This document shows, in pieces, positions 9,535 through 18,804 of a stretch of 64,000 nt of DNA. Each line of letters begins with the position of its first letter. Position 1 is the first letter of the stretch. The notes under the pieces are model-generated. The model saw nothing but the letters and a program-made list of their open reading frames with translations, was not told the origin of the DNA and made no database searches. Position numbers and translations under genes: made by a program. This DNA comes from Ktedonobacteria bacterium (GTDB lineage Bacteria > Chloroflexota > Ktedonobacteria > Ktedonobacterales > JACDGC01): assembly GCA_027459785.1 (NCBI GenBank), contig DAIDGU010000056.1, positions 40,230-104,229 of the forward strand, read 5' to 3'.

Positions 9535-10176
9535 GTGCGTTACGCGATAGAGAAAATGACCCTGGCGGATTTGCCGCGCATCACTGAGATCGAGAAGCTC
9601 GCCTACCCGACCTCGCAATGGCCGACCAGCGCCTATCGACGCGAATTGCAGGAAAACACCTGGGCGCACTATATCGTCGTGCGCGACACGACCATCGCCG
9701 CGCGCTACCAACAACAGGCGCAGGTGAACGAATTACCGCGCCGGGGCTTTCCTTTCGGTTTCCGCCAGCCGTCCCCCGTTGCCAGCGAAGCGCACCTGCG
9801 TTCCATCGTCGGCTATGCCGGCCTGTGGCTGATGGTGGATGAAGCGCACGTCACGACCATCGCCACCCATCCCGCCGTGCGGCGGCGCGGCCTGGGCGAA
9901 TTGCTGCTTGTCGCGCTCATCGACATCGGCTATGAGATCGGCGCGCGCTGGATGACGTTGGAGGTGCGCGTGAGCAACGAGCCGGCCAAGGCGCTCTATC
10001 ACAAATACGGCTTCAAGATCGTCAGCACCCGCCCGCGCTATTACAGCGACAACAACGAGGACGCCTATATCATGTGGACCGACGAGATCACCCTGCCGGA
10101 CTATCGCCAGATGTTCGCCGACCACAAAGCCCAACTCCTCGCCCGCCTGGCACAAGACGCCCCCGTCCCCGGCTAG
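9535..10176 (+). CDS. rimI: Ribosomal-protein-alanine N-acetyltransferase (GNAT)
   Basis: GNAT motifs (TIATHPAVRRRGLGELLL, YHKYGF); synteny tsaE-tsaB-rimI. Confidence 0.8.
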   Translation: MRYAIEKMTLADLPRITEIEKLAYPTSQWPTSAYRRELQENTWAHYIVVRDTTIAARYQQQAQVNELPRRGFPFGFRQPSPVASEAHLRSIVGYAGLWLMVDEAHVTTIATHPAVRRRGLGELLLVALIDIGYEIGARWMTLEVRVSNEPAKALYHKYGFKIVSTRPRYYSDNNEDAYIMWTDEITLPDYRQMFADHKAQLLARLAQDAPVPG

Positions 10177-10230
10177 CGCACGGCCCCACCCCCGGCCCCT
10201 CCCCATCTGCGGATGGAGAGGGGAGATCGC

Positions 10231-10340
10231 CAGTCCGCGCAGGCGGACTTCGTGGCCCACGGCCCTTAGGCGCGGTTTCAACCGCCCGCCGTCCCTGCCC
10301 CCGTCCCTGGCACATCATCAACCGCCCGCCGTCCCTGGGG
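10231..10340. repeat. Repeat family C copy followed by the tandem aaccgcccgccgtccctg unit
   Basis: cagtccgcgcaggcggacttcgtggcccacggcccttaggcgcggtttcaaccgcccg. Confidence 0.7.
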
Positions 10341-10442
10341 TGGGATCATCCCCTGGTCAAGCGCGCCAGAACTTGCTACAATACATCGGACGAGCCATTC
10401 GCGCACTCAAGCACATTCTGAACGAAGGATACCATTGACCCT

Positions 10443-11960
10443 ATGTTGCGTTTGCATCATGCCAGCTTATTCGCGCTGCTCACGCTGTTCCTTGGTGGCT
10501 GCGCCCTCAGCGGCACCAGCAGCAGTACGGCGACCACATCAGCCCCGCCCGCCCTGTATACCTTGCCTGGTGGTGGCGCGTGCGTGCAATTGGGCCGCGC
10601 GCCTCAGCCACCCTTTGCGAACGTGCAGGTGAGCCATGATAGCGCATTGGCACACAGCGAGCCAGAGCTGGCCGAAAACCCACATAATCCCTTGAATCTC
10701 GTCGGCGGCTCGAAGTTTTTTACCAACATCCAGCACTATGAGTTTCAGATCGGCACCTATGCCTCGTTCGATGGCGGCTGCACCTGGACGGATGGCGGTG
10801 TTTTGCCCGGTTTCAGCAGTCAGGAAATCACGTCGGATATCTCCTTCGGTTACGGCTCTCAGAATACCGTCTACGCCTCCGTGCTGGATACCGATAACAG
10901 GAATCAGAGCGGCCTGACCGTTTCGACCTCCACCGATGGCGGTAAGACGTTCGGCAATCCTGTGGCGGCGTATAACGACACGACCGGCGCGGTCTTCAGC
11001 GACAAACCGTGGATCGCCGTGGATGACACCGCCAGTCCCTATAGCGGCTCCGTGTACGTCGTCTGGTCGTATGATTACAATACCTATCGTGGCCACTCCT
11101 GTAACTCCAATACGATTGGCTGCCCGCAGGAAGTCGGCTTCGTGAAATCGACCGATGGCGGCAAGACCTTCGCGCCGGTGAAGCTCATCGAGGGCAGCGC
11201 CCCCTTCTGCACTAATCCCACGCTGGATCGCCCCAAAAGCTCCCATCAGTGCGACGCCGCGCTGGGCGCGACCCCCGTGGTGCTGCCCGACGGCACCATC
11301 GCCGTGATGTATGCCTACATCGACCTCAGCAATCTAGAGAATATCGCCACGCGCATCCTCGTCGTCACCTCGGCGAACGGCGGTGCCACCTGGTCCGCGC
11401 CCGTGCGCGTCGCCACGGTGCATGATATCCCAGACGATTTCCCCGGCGAGAATTTCCGCACGGCCCCGCTACCCGCCTTCGCCGCCGATCCGCAGACCGG
11501 CCAATTGTATGTGGCGTGGTCCGACGAGCAACACAACGAGTCCGACATCTTGCTGGCGACTTCAACGAACAAGGGCCACACATGGTCCGCGCCCATCAAG
11601 GTGAATGACGACCCCACCGGTACCGGCGCGCAGCACTTCCAGCAGCAACTCGCCGTCGCGCCAAACGGCGTGGTCAGCGTCACCTACTTCTCCACGCAAG
11701 TCGATCCGCAGCATAAGCTGATCGACACCTTCCTGGCGCAATCGACCGATCACGGCGTGACGTTTCAGCCGGCAATGCGCGTCACCACGCAATCCTGGGA
11801 TCCGCGTGTCGATGAACCAACCGATCCCAATAATCAGGGCTTCATCGGCGATTATCAAGGGTTAGCCGCCGACAATCAATTCGTCCATCCTTTCTGGAAC
11901 GACACGCGCACCGGCAAGCAAGATATCTTCACGGCAGCCATCCCCAGCGCGCAACCGTAA
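10443..11960 (+). CDS. Lipoprotein with BNR/Asp-box repeats (sialidase-like beta-propeller glycosidase family)
   Basis: Signal peptide with lipobox LGGCAL; five Asp-box motifs (STDGGKTF x2, SANGGATW, STNKGHTW, STDHGVTF). Confidence 0.75.
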   Translation: MLRLHHASLFALLTLFLGGCALSGTSSSTATTSAPPALYTLPGGGACVQLGRAPQPPFANVQVSHDSALAHSEPELAENPHNPLNLVGGSKFFTNIQHYEFQIGTYASFDGGCTWTDGGVLPGFSSQEITSDISFGYGSQNTVYASVLDTDNRNQSGLTVSTSTDGGKTFGNPVAAYNDTTGAVFSDKPWIAVDDTASPYSGSVYVVWSYDYNTYRGHSCNSNTIGCPQEVGFVKSTDGGKTFAPVKLIEGSAPFCTNPTLDRPKSSHQCDAALGATPVVLPDGTIAVMYAYIDLSNLENIATRILVVTSANGGATWSAPVRVATVHDIPDDFPGENFRTAPLPAFAADPQTGQLYVAWSDEQHNESDILLATSTNKGHTWSAPIKVNDDPTGTGAQHFQQQLAVAPNGVVSVTYFSTQVDPQHKLIDTFLAQSTDHGVTFQPAMRVTTQSWDPRVDEPTDPNNQGFIGDYQGLAADNQFVHPFWNDTRTGKQDIFTAAIPSAQP

Positions 11961-12052
11961 AAGCAGCACGGCCAGACACGCAGGCCAACGCAGGTGTACG
12001 CAGCACGTGAAGGCCGGCGGTGAACGGCGCGTTACTGGCAAGCCATCAATCT

Positions 12053-12475
12053 TCAGGCATCGGTTGGGGCAGCAGTGCTGGTATCATCTAGCGCGGCATC
12101 CTCAGCGACCAGCGGCGCGATGCCGGCGGCGGGCGTGCCGTTCGGCTCCATGCCGCCCAGTGCCAGCAAGGGCGGGGCGGCCTCCGCCGCCGATGGCGCA
12201 GCCCATGCCTGCCGTTCCACCTCAACCTTGGTATAGCGCAGGCGAATGCCCTGTGCGTCTACCGCCGCCACGGCGGCCAGGGGAATGGCGACATCGTGCG
12301 GGAAAAAGCGCCCCCAGCGTACGAGCAACATTGCCCCCTGCTCGCCCTGGTTATGAAAGGGGCTGACTGTCCCCAGCTTCACCCCACGCGCGTCGTACAC
12401 CGGCGTTCCCTTGGCAAAGTGTCGCGCCTCCGCTTCACTGAGCGCCGTCTCCCAGATGAACAATGGATCTTTCAT
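12053..12475 (-). CDS. PRC-barrel domain protein
   Basis: About 141 aa from the internal ATG (MKDPLFIW...); the long Ala-rich N-terminal extension in the ORF track is unlikely to be real. Confidence 0.5.
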   Translation of the reverse strand: MKDPLFIWETALSEAEARHFAKGTPVYDARGVKLGTVSPFHNQGEQGAMLLVRWGRFFPHDVAIPLAAVAAVDAQGIRLRYTKVEVERQAWAAPSAAEAAPPLLALGGMEPNGTPAAGIAPLVAEDAALDDTSTAAPTDA

Positions 12476-12544
12476 AACTCTACCTTTCTTGTGCAATGCG
12501 ATGAGCATAACGGTATCTTCCATCGCCATGCAAACCGCAAGAAC

Positions 12545-12660
12545 AAGACCAGGGGAAAACAAGGAGTTTATACCCATTTCGGGATAAGACGGTGGTCAGC
12601 GGGGCCGGACAGACAGGAATGTCTGTCCTCCGGATGGTAGAGTGATGACTCGGATTAGGT
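12545..12660. repeat. Repeat family A copy
   Basis: caggggaaaac...tttcgggataagacggtggtcagcggggccggacagacaggaatgtctgtcctccggatggtagagtgatgac. Confidence 0.7.
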
Positions 12661-12661
12661 T

Positions 12662-13963
12662 TCATACGTCTATTTTGCGCCCGGCGATGAGCAGCTTCTC
12701 ATCGGTGAAGGCGAGGATCTGGTCGTCGGCGATCTCGATATGGAAGGCGGCCTGCGCGGCAGGGCTGGAGTTGCGGAAGGCGGCAGCAAGGGCTGGCTGT
12801 TCTTCTCGTGGGACGAGCGCCCGCGCCACCCACTCGTCATAGGGATGGCGGCGCGCAAAGTGTTCGCTGGTGAAAACATCCAGCCCACTATCCTCGAAGA
12901 GTTGCCGCCACTCGGCTTCAGTATAGGAGCGCACATGCGAGGGATCGCGCATGAGTTCGACGCGGTTCATGAAGGCAGCCAGCGCGGGATCGTCGGGGAC
13001 GACGCTATCGACGATGATGACGAGGCCGCCCGGCTGGGTGACGCGCGCGATCTCGCGCATGGCCAGCGGCAACGCGCTGAAATGGTGCGGCGCAATGCGC
13101 GAGGTGACGACGGCGAAGCTGGCGTCGGGCCAGGGTAGCGCGTGGGCGTCGGCCTGCGCCGTGACGAGATTATCGATGCCGCGCGTGATCGCGCCCGCTT
13201 CCACCTGCAACAGCATCTCCGGCGTCACATCGGAGGCGATGACCTCGGCGACATACGGTGCGATGGCGAAGGCGGTATGCCCCGCGCCCGTAGCGATATC
13301 CAGTCCGCGACCATTCTGTGCCTGCTCCGCCGCGACGAGTTCCCGGATGCGCGCCAGCTCGTCGCCGCGCGCGTGGCCCGCGCTCGTGGCATAGCCTGCC
13401 GCCGTCGCGCCGAACTGCTGCTGCACCCGCGCCACCTGCGCGGCATCCGCCAGCCCCGGTTTGTCGCGCCGCAGCGTAAAGACCTCGTTGCCGTGGGTGT
13501 CGCGTCGCAACAGGCCGCGCTGATAGCCGCGCCCCTCCCAGAATGCCAGCGCGGGCGCGTTCTGTGCCAACACCCCCAGGCCGATGCGCGTGATCCCCGG
13601 CTGATCGAAGAGATACGCTTCCAACAGGTCCGCCGCTGCCGTGCCATTGCCCCGCCGCTGATACGGTTGCATGATGATCAGCAGCGCGATCCACCCGCCG
13701 TGGGGCGGCGGCACCAGCGCCGTTTCCGCCGCGCCGATCAGCGTGCCATCGGCCAGGCTGATGCGCCAGATCTGCCCGCCCGGCAGGCTCTGCGTCTCCA
13801 GCATGTCGGCGCGCACGGCGTCCAGCGTCATCTCCGGCGTGCCGCTCCAGGCATTGAACTGCGCGTCGCCATTGAAGGCCGGCAGCAACTCTTCCGCCGC
13901 CTCCATCCCCACGCTCGTCAGGGTGATGCGTGCGTCGGTCAACTCAATCGTCATGCCGATCAC
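12662..13963 (-). CDS. Fusion protein: N-terminal GNAT acetyltransferase and C-terminal class I SAM-dependent methyltransferase
   Basis: GNAT motif QPYQRRGNG in the N-terminal half; methyltransferase motif I LDIATGAGHTA and motif post-I in the C-terminal half. Confidence 0.7.
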   Translation of the reverse strand: MIGMTIELTDARITLTSVGMEAAEELLPAFNGDAQFNAWSGTPEMTLDAVRADMLETQSLPGGQIWRISLADGTLIGAAETALVPPPHGGWIALLIIMQPYQRRGNGTAAADLLEAYLFDQPGITRIGLGVLAQNAPALAFWEGRGYQRGLLRRDTHGNEVFTLRRDKPGLADAAQVARVQQQFGATAAGYATSAGHARGDELARIRELVAAEQAQNGRGLDIATGAGHTAFAIAPYVAEVIASDVTPEMLLQVEAGAITRGIDNLVTAQADAHALPWPDASFAVVTSRIAPHHFSALPLAMREIARVTQPGGLVIIVDSVVPDDPALAAFMNRVELMRDPSHVRSYTEAEWRQLFEDSGLDVFTSEHFARRHPYDEWVARALVPREEQPALAAAFRNSSPAAQAAFHIEIADDQILAFTDEKLLIAGRKIDV

Positions 13964-13995
13964 CTCTGGTCATCATGAGCAATGTTAAAGAACAG

Positions 13996-14104
13996 TGAAC
14001 GGAACGCGAAATGACACGAAATTGCCGCGAGATGACACGAAATAATTCCCTCCAACATTTCGCGTTATCTCGCGCCCGATCTCGTGTCATCTCGCGTTCC
14101 GTTC
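13996..14104. repeat. Repeat family B palindrome (CGCGAAA/CACGAAA units)
   Basis: gaacggaacgcgaaatgacacgaaattgccgcgagatgacacgaaa ... tttcgcgttatctcgcgcccgatctcgtgtcatctcgcgttccgttc. Confidence 0.7.
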
Positions 14105-14126
14105 ATCTTTTTCTCTTTTCTCGCTG

Positions 14127-15497
14127 TTAGCTGCGCAGGTCGCGGGCGAGGATGTCGGGCAGATCGGCGATGGGGACGCGGCGCTGCTCGGTTGTGTCGC
14201 GGTCGCGCACCGTCACCTGGTTGTCTTCCAGGCTCTGGAAATCGACCGTCACACAGAAAGGCGTGCCGATCTCATCCTGCCGGCGGTAGCGCCTGCCGAT
14301 GTTGCCGCCCGTGTCGTCATACTGCGTCAGGCCCAGGTGCATCAGCGAGGCGCGCACGTCTTTGGCCAGTTTCACCAGCGGCTCTTTTTTCGAGAGGGGC
14401 ATCACGGCAACCTTGACCGGCGCGATGCGCTTGTGGAAGCGCATGACCACCCGCTTCTCGCCGTCCACGATGTCTTCGTTATAAGCGTCGCACAGCAGCG
14501 CCAGCGTCAGGCGATCCGCGCCGACGGAGGTTTCGACGACATAGGGCAGGTAGCGTTTGTTGCCGTTTTGCTCATCCAGGTAGGTCAGATCCTTGCCCGA
14601 AAACTCGGCATGGCGGCGCAGATCGAAATCCGTGCGGTTGTGGATGCCCTCCATCTCTTTCGAGCCGAAGGGGAAGTCGTAATAGATGTCCCACGCTTCC
14701 TTGGCGTAATGCGCCAGTTCGTCGGGGCCGTGCTGGTGCCAATGGAGGTGCTCCATCGTCATGCCGACGGTGCGATACCACTCCCAGCGCGTCTGGCGCC
14801 ACTCCTGGAACCAGCGGTCCTCGCTGCCAGGCTCGACGAAGAACTGCATCTCCATCTGCTCGAATTCGCGCAAACGGAAGATGAAGTTGGCGGTGACGAT
14901 CTCGTTGCGGAACGCTTTACCGATCTGCGCGATGCCGAAGGGGAGCTTGCGGCGCATCGCCTGCTGCACGTTGACGAAGTTGACATAGATGCCCTGCGCC
15001 GTCTCTGGGCGCAGATAGACGATGCTGGCGTCATCCGCAACGGGGCCAAAGTTCATCTTGAACATCAAGTTGAATTGGCGCGGCTCGGTCAGCGTGCCTT
15101 GCTTGCCGCAGATGATGCAGACATCGTGCGCCAGGCCCAGCTTATCCTGATCTTCTACCAGGATGTCGGCACGGAAGCGGTTCTTGCAATTCTTGCAGTC
15201 TACCAGCGGATCGTTGAAGCCAGCCTCATGACCGGATGCCTGCCATACCTGGCGGGCCATCAAGATCGCCGCGTCGATGCCGACGACATCCTCGCGCTGA
15301 TAGGTCATGGCCTCCCACCAGGCACGCTTGATGTTGTTGCGCAACTCCACACCCAACGGACCGTAATCCCACGCCGCCTGAAGGCCACCATAGATCTCGC
15401 TGCCGGGGAAGGCGAAGCCGCGCCGTTTGCACAACGCGACGATATCTTGCAGCCGCGCCGATTCCAGACTCGCGGATGCTTGCACGCGCTTACTCAT
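14127..15497 (-). CDS. glyQS: Glycine--tRNA ligase (dimeric class II type)
   Basis: 456 aa; class II motifs, FRNEI, conserved N-terminus MSKRVQASASLESARLQDIVALCKRRGF. Confidence 0.95.
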   Translation of the reverse strand: MSKRVQASASLESARLQDIVALCKRRGFAFPGSEIYGGLQAAWDYGPLGVELRNNIKRAWWEAMTYQREDVVGIDAAILMARQVWQASGHEAGFNDPLVDCKNCKNRFRADILVEDQDKLGLAHDVCIICGKQGTLTEPRQFNLMFKMNFGPVADDASIVYLRPETAQGIYVNFVNVQQAMRRKLPFGIAQIGKAFRNEIVTANFIFRLREFEQMEMQFFVEPGSEDRWFQEWRQTRWEWYRTVGMTMEHLHWHQHGPDELAHYAKEAWDIYYDFPFGSKEMEGIHNRTDFDLRRHAEFSGKDLTYLDEQNGNKRYLPYVVETSVGADRLTLALLCDAYNEDIVDGEKRVVMRFHKRIAPVKVAVMPLSKKEPLVKLAKDVRASLMHLGLTQYDDTGGNIGRRYRRQDEIGTPFCVTVDFQSLEDNQVTVRDRDTTEQRRVPIADLPDILARDLRS

Positions 15498-15534
15498 GAT
15501 AATAGCTCCTTCAGGCTAGGGAAACAGAAACACA

Positions 15535-15930
15535 CTAGGACTGCTCTTCCGGTGGCATGGGTGGCAGAGGCACGCGATTCTCTTTGACCAAAAACATCAG
15601 GATATGCCTGATCTCGCGCAACTGCGCCTCGATCTTCGCAAAACCTGCACGCATCTCAGTTTGTAAATCTGTTTTGGTCCCATCGATCTTACGATCAACC
15701 GCGTCGATCTTTGCTTCGAGACGTGGAATATCGATTCGCATCACCTGTGTTTGGGTCTCTTCGCGGCTGAGGCGAATGCTGTGGTCGGTGGTCTGCTCTT
15801 CGAGCGTGTCGAGGCGCTCTTGATGGATGTCGAGCCGTGCCTCGGTCATCTCACGATGTTCATCAAAGGATGTTTGATTGACATACGTTGCCAAAATGCT
15901 GCTCCTCCCCGATGGCTGCCTGTCAGGCAT
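15535..15930 (-). CDS. Coiled-coil hypothetical protein (paralog of 26990..27388)
   Basis: 131 aa heptad-rich; shares the MR.GFA..EAQLREI signature with 26990..27388. Confidence 0.5.
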   Translation of the reverse strand: MPDRQPSGRSSILATYVNQTSFDEHREMTEARLDIHQERLDTLEEQTTDHSIRLSREETQTQVMRIDIPRLEAKIDAVDRKIDGTKTDLQTEMRAGFAKIEAQLREIRHILMFLVKENRVPLPPMPPEEQS

Positions 15931-15980
15931 GTGCGCTGCATACCTGACAGTGTATCACCATTTGGGGCGCGGTGTCGAGA

Positions 15981-16310
15981 TCAAAAGCTGCCTGTCAGGG
16001 GGGGGAATTGCAAAATGTTGATGGTGATCGCGGCGAAAACAAGGAGATCGCATACCAGCAGCGTCACGCCCACCAGGCGCGGGCGCGCGTTCCACAGCAG
16101 AGCGGTGATGACACCCACCACCGAGACGACCAGGACTTTATAGCAGATCAGCGCGCCAAACCCATGCTGCGCCAATAACATGCTCATAAACGGGTTGCCC
16201 TCACGCAGCCCCGCGTGCAGATCCAGCCAGGTGCTGACCAAATCGCCGATATTGAGCGCGGCGAACATCCCCAGCAGCGCCAGCGTGCGCGGTGAAAGTG
16301 ATAGGTACAT
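15981..16310 (-). CDS. Small membrane protein, DUF5658-like
   Basis: Internal start MYLSLSP...; LREGNP motif and three predicted TM helices. Confidence 0.5.
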   Translation of the reverse strand: MYLSLSPRTLALLGMFAALNIGDLVSTWLDLHAGLREGNPFMSMLLAQHGFGALICYKVLVVSVVGVITALLWNARPRLVGVTLLVCDLLVFAAITINILQFPPLTGSF

Positions 16311-16486
16311 TGCTGCTCTTCCTCCTGAAACGGCCTGCCCGGCCTCCTTGCCGGTCTGCCACACGGTTTTGGGGGTCTTGCCCCTCTTTTCTAGCATAGC
16401 GATTGCCATGAAATGCTTGAGCCAAATGGCCTGTCGTTGTCGTATACTAGGAACGGCGATTATGAGCTTGCCGCAGGAGATTAAGC

Positions 16487-17944
16487 ATGACTCAGCCCTA
16501 TCACAGCATCGCTTCACCACCGCCCTGGCTGGCGGACCCCGGCATGGGTCTGTCTCTGGCGGAGGCGGCGACGGTCTGTGGCTCGCTGCTGCATTCAGCC
16601 TTCGGGCCAGCCTCCGCCACCGGCGAGCGCATCTGCAACGACAGTCGCATCTTGCAGCCGGGGGATATTTTCGTCGCGCTCAGCAGCCCGCAGCGTGATG
16701 GGCATCTTTATGTCAGCGATGCGCTGGCGCGGGGGGCGCGCTTCGCCATCGTCAGCCAGTGGCCGCTGCCGGTGGATCTCGCGCCAGATCAGGGCATCCT
16801 GGTGGTGCGCGACGTAGACGCCGCGCTGGTGCGCCTGGCGCGCTGGTGGCGGGGGCGCTACGCCATCCCAGCGGTGGGCATCGGTGGCGGCGTGGGCAAA
16901 ACGACGACCAAAGAGACCATCGCGGCGCTGCTGGCCCAAAAGTACGGCGCGGCGCACATCCTCAAGACGCCCGCAAACTGGAACGACCTGCGCGGCATCA
17001 GCCTCACGCTGTTGGGCCTGCGCGCCCATCACCAGCGCGCGGTGCTAGAGATGGGGATGGATCGCCCCGGCGAGGTGGCGCAGCTCGCCAATGTCGGGCA
17101 GCCCCGCTGGGGCATCGTCACCTCGGTCAGCGCGACGCATCTCGAATTTTTCCCCAGCATGAACGATCTCGTCGCCACCGAACGCGGCATGGTGGAAGCA
17201 TTACCGCCCGACGGGCTGGCGATCCTCAACGAGAATGATCGCCTGGTACGTGGCATGATTCCCTTCGCCACCTGCCCGACCTTCCGCTTCGGCACGCTGC
17301 CGGATGTTGATCTGCGCGCGATCCGCGTCAGCAGCCGGGGAACCGCCGGCCTGAGCTTCGTCGCGCGGCGCGGCGACGAGGCCGTACCAGTGCAAACGAC
17401 CCTCACCGGACGGCACTTGATCACCAGCGCGCTCGCCGCGCTCAGCACGGCGCTGGCCGACGGCTGGCCGCTGGCCGAGGCGGCGGCGGCCCTCAGCCGC
17501 GTGCAGGTGCCGCAGCGCATGCGCTTTCTGCCCGGCGCGCAGGGCAGCACGATCATCGACGACACGTATAACGCCTCGCCCGAAAGTATGCTGGCCGCGC
17601 TGGATCTGCTGGCGGACTGGCCGCGCGAGGTTGGCGGGCGGCGGCTGGCGCTGCTGGGGACGATGCGCGAACTGGGACCGCGCGCCGCGCGCGAACATCA
17701 CCGGCTGGGCCGGCGGGCGGCATGGCGCTGCCAGGCGCTGTGGGTGACGGGCGAGGAGCGCGCAGCCATCGCCCAAGGCGCGCACGCCGGTGGCCTGACC
17801 GATATCCGCGTCTTCGCCGACCCCTACGAGGCCGTGCTGGACTGCGCTGCCGCCCTGCAACCGCACGACGTACTGCTGGTGAAAGCCTCCCACGCCGTCG
17901 GTCTGGATCAGGTGGTGCATAAGCTCGTCGCGCCCCAGGCATAG
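16487..17944 (+). CDS. murF: UDP-N-acetylmuramoyl-tripeptide--D-alanyl-D-alanine ligase
   Basis: 485 aa; Mur ligase P-loop GVGKTTTKE and DDTYNASPESM motif; AGGAG SD before the ATG. Confidence 0.85.
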   Translation: MTQPYHSIASPPPWLADPGMGLSLAEAATVCGSLLHSAFGPASATGERICNDSRILQPGDIFVALSSPQRDGHLYVSDALARGARFAIVSQWPLPVDLAPDQGILVVRDVDAALVRLARWWRGRYAIPAVGIGGGVGKTTTKETIAALLAQKYGAAHILKTPANWNDLRGISLTLLGLRAHHQRAVLEMGMDRPGEVAQLANVGQPRWGIVTSVSATHLEFFPSMNDLVATERGMVEALPPDGLAILNENDRLVRGMIPFATCPTFRFGTLPDVDLRAIRVSSRGTAGLSFVARRGDEAVPVQTTLTGRHLITSALAALSTALADGWPLAEAAAALSRVQVPQRMRFLPGAQGSTIIDDTYNASPESMLAALDLLADWPREVGGRRLALLGTMRELGPRAAREHHRLGRRAAWRCQALWVTGEERAAIAQGAHAGGLTDIRVFADPYEAVLDCAAALQPHDVLLVKASHAVGLDQVVHKLVAPQA

Positions 17945-17948
17945 CAGA

Positions 17949-18797
17949 TCATCCGCCGATGCCCAATAACCATGCCGCGTTGCCCCCTAGCGCCAGCGCC
18001 AGCGTGGCATCGTCCAGCCCGGCTTGACGGATGTAGCGCAGCATGCGCGTGTGGCGGATGAGGGGGAAGTCGCTGGCCCAGAGGATCTTTGCTGCGCCCG
18101 CGCTCATGGCGACGGTGGGGAAGATGGTGGGCGCGTAAAGGAAGGGCGAGGCGGCGGTATCGAACCAGCAGTTAGCGAGGGCCGTTGCCACTTCGGGCAT
18201 CAGCGCGTAAAAGGGCAGGCCGCCGCCCCAGTGCGCCGCCACCACGCGCAGGCGGGGGAAGGCCGTCACGCAGGCCAGCAGATCGGCCACCGTCACATCG
18301 CCCTTGCCTGGATAGCGATGCCCCACCGGCTCGCTGGCATGCGTCAGCACGATCAGGTCCAGCGCCTCGGCGACTTCGGCCAGCGGCGTGAGCAGCGCGA
18401 TGTCGCTCAGCCGATAACCCTGGCCGTGCGGCATCAATTCGCCCAGGCCGCGCAGGCCCGCCCGCGCGCAGCGGTCGGCTTCCGCCACTGCTGCGCGTGA
18501 ATCGCCCGCCGGCTGCACCACCGCGAAGCCGGTGAGATGGTCGGGATAGCGCCGCACCGCATCGATGACGTAATCGTTCGCCAGCGTGATCAAGCCGGCG
18601 TCGCGCCAGCCGAAGCCGAACGTCACCGCATGGTCGATGCCGTTGGCCGCGAGCGACGCCACCAGATCTTCCGCCGTCGCCATCCGCGCCGTGGGGTCGC
18701 CGTACAGTTGCGCGAACCACGGGTCGCGCGCCGCGAAGCCCGCTCGGTCGGCGATCACCTCCGGCGGAAAGATGTGGGTATGCATGTCGATGATCAT
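17949..18797 (-). CDS. Amidohydrolase-2 family metal-dependent TIM-barrel hydrolase
   Basis: N-terminal MIIDMHTHIF and downstream HW/D motifs. Confidence 0.75.
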   Translation of the reverse strand: MIIDMHTHIFPPEVIADRAGFAARDPWFAQLYGDPTARMATAEDLVASLAANGIDHAVTFGFGWRDAGLITLANDYVIDAVRRYPDHLTGFAVVQPAGDSRAAVAEADRCARAGLRGLGELMPHGQGYRLSDIALLTPLAEVAEALDLIVLTHASEPVGHRYPGKGDVTVADLLACVTAFPRLRVVAAHWGGGLPFYALMPEVATALANCWFDTAASPFLYAPTIFPTVAMSAGAAKILWASDFPLIRHTRMLRYIRQAGLDDATLALALGGNAAWLLGIGG

Positions 18798-18804
18798 GCT
18801 GTCA

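Noticed and set aside
14337-15587. 416-aa plus-strand ORF antisense to glyQS
   Set aside because: glyQS on the minus strand is unambiguous; this is a shadow ORF.
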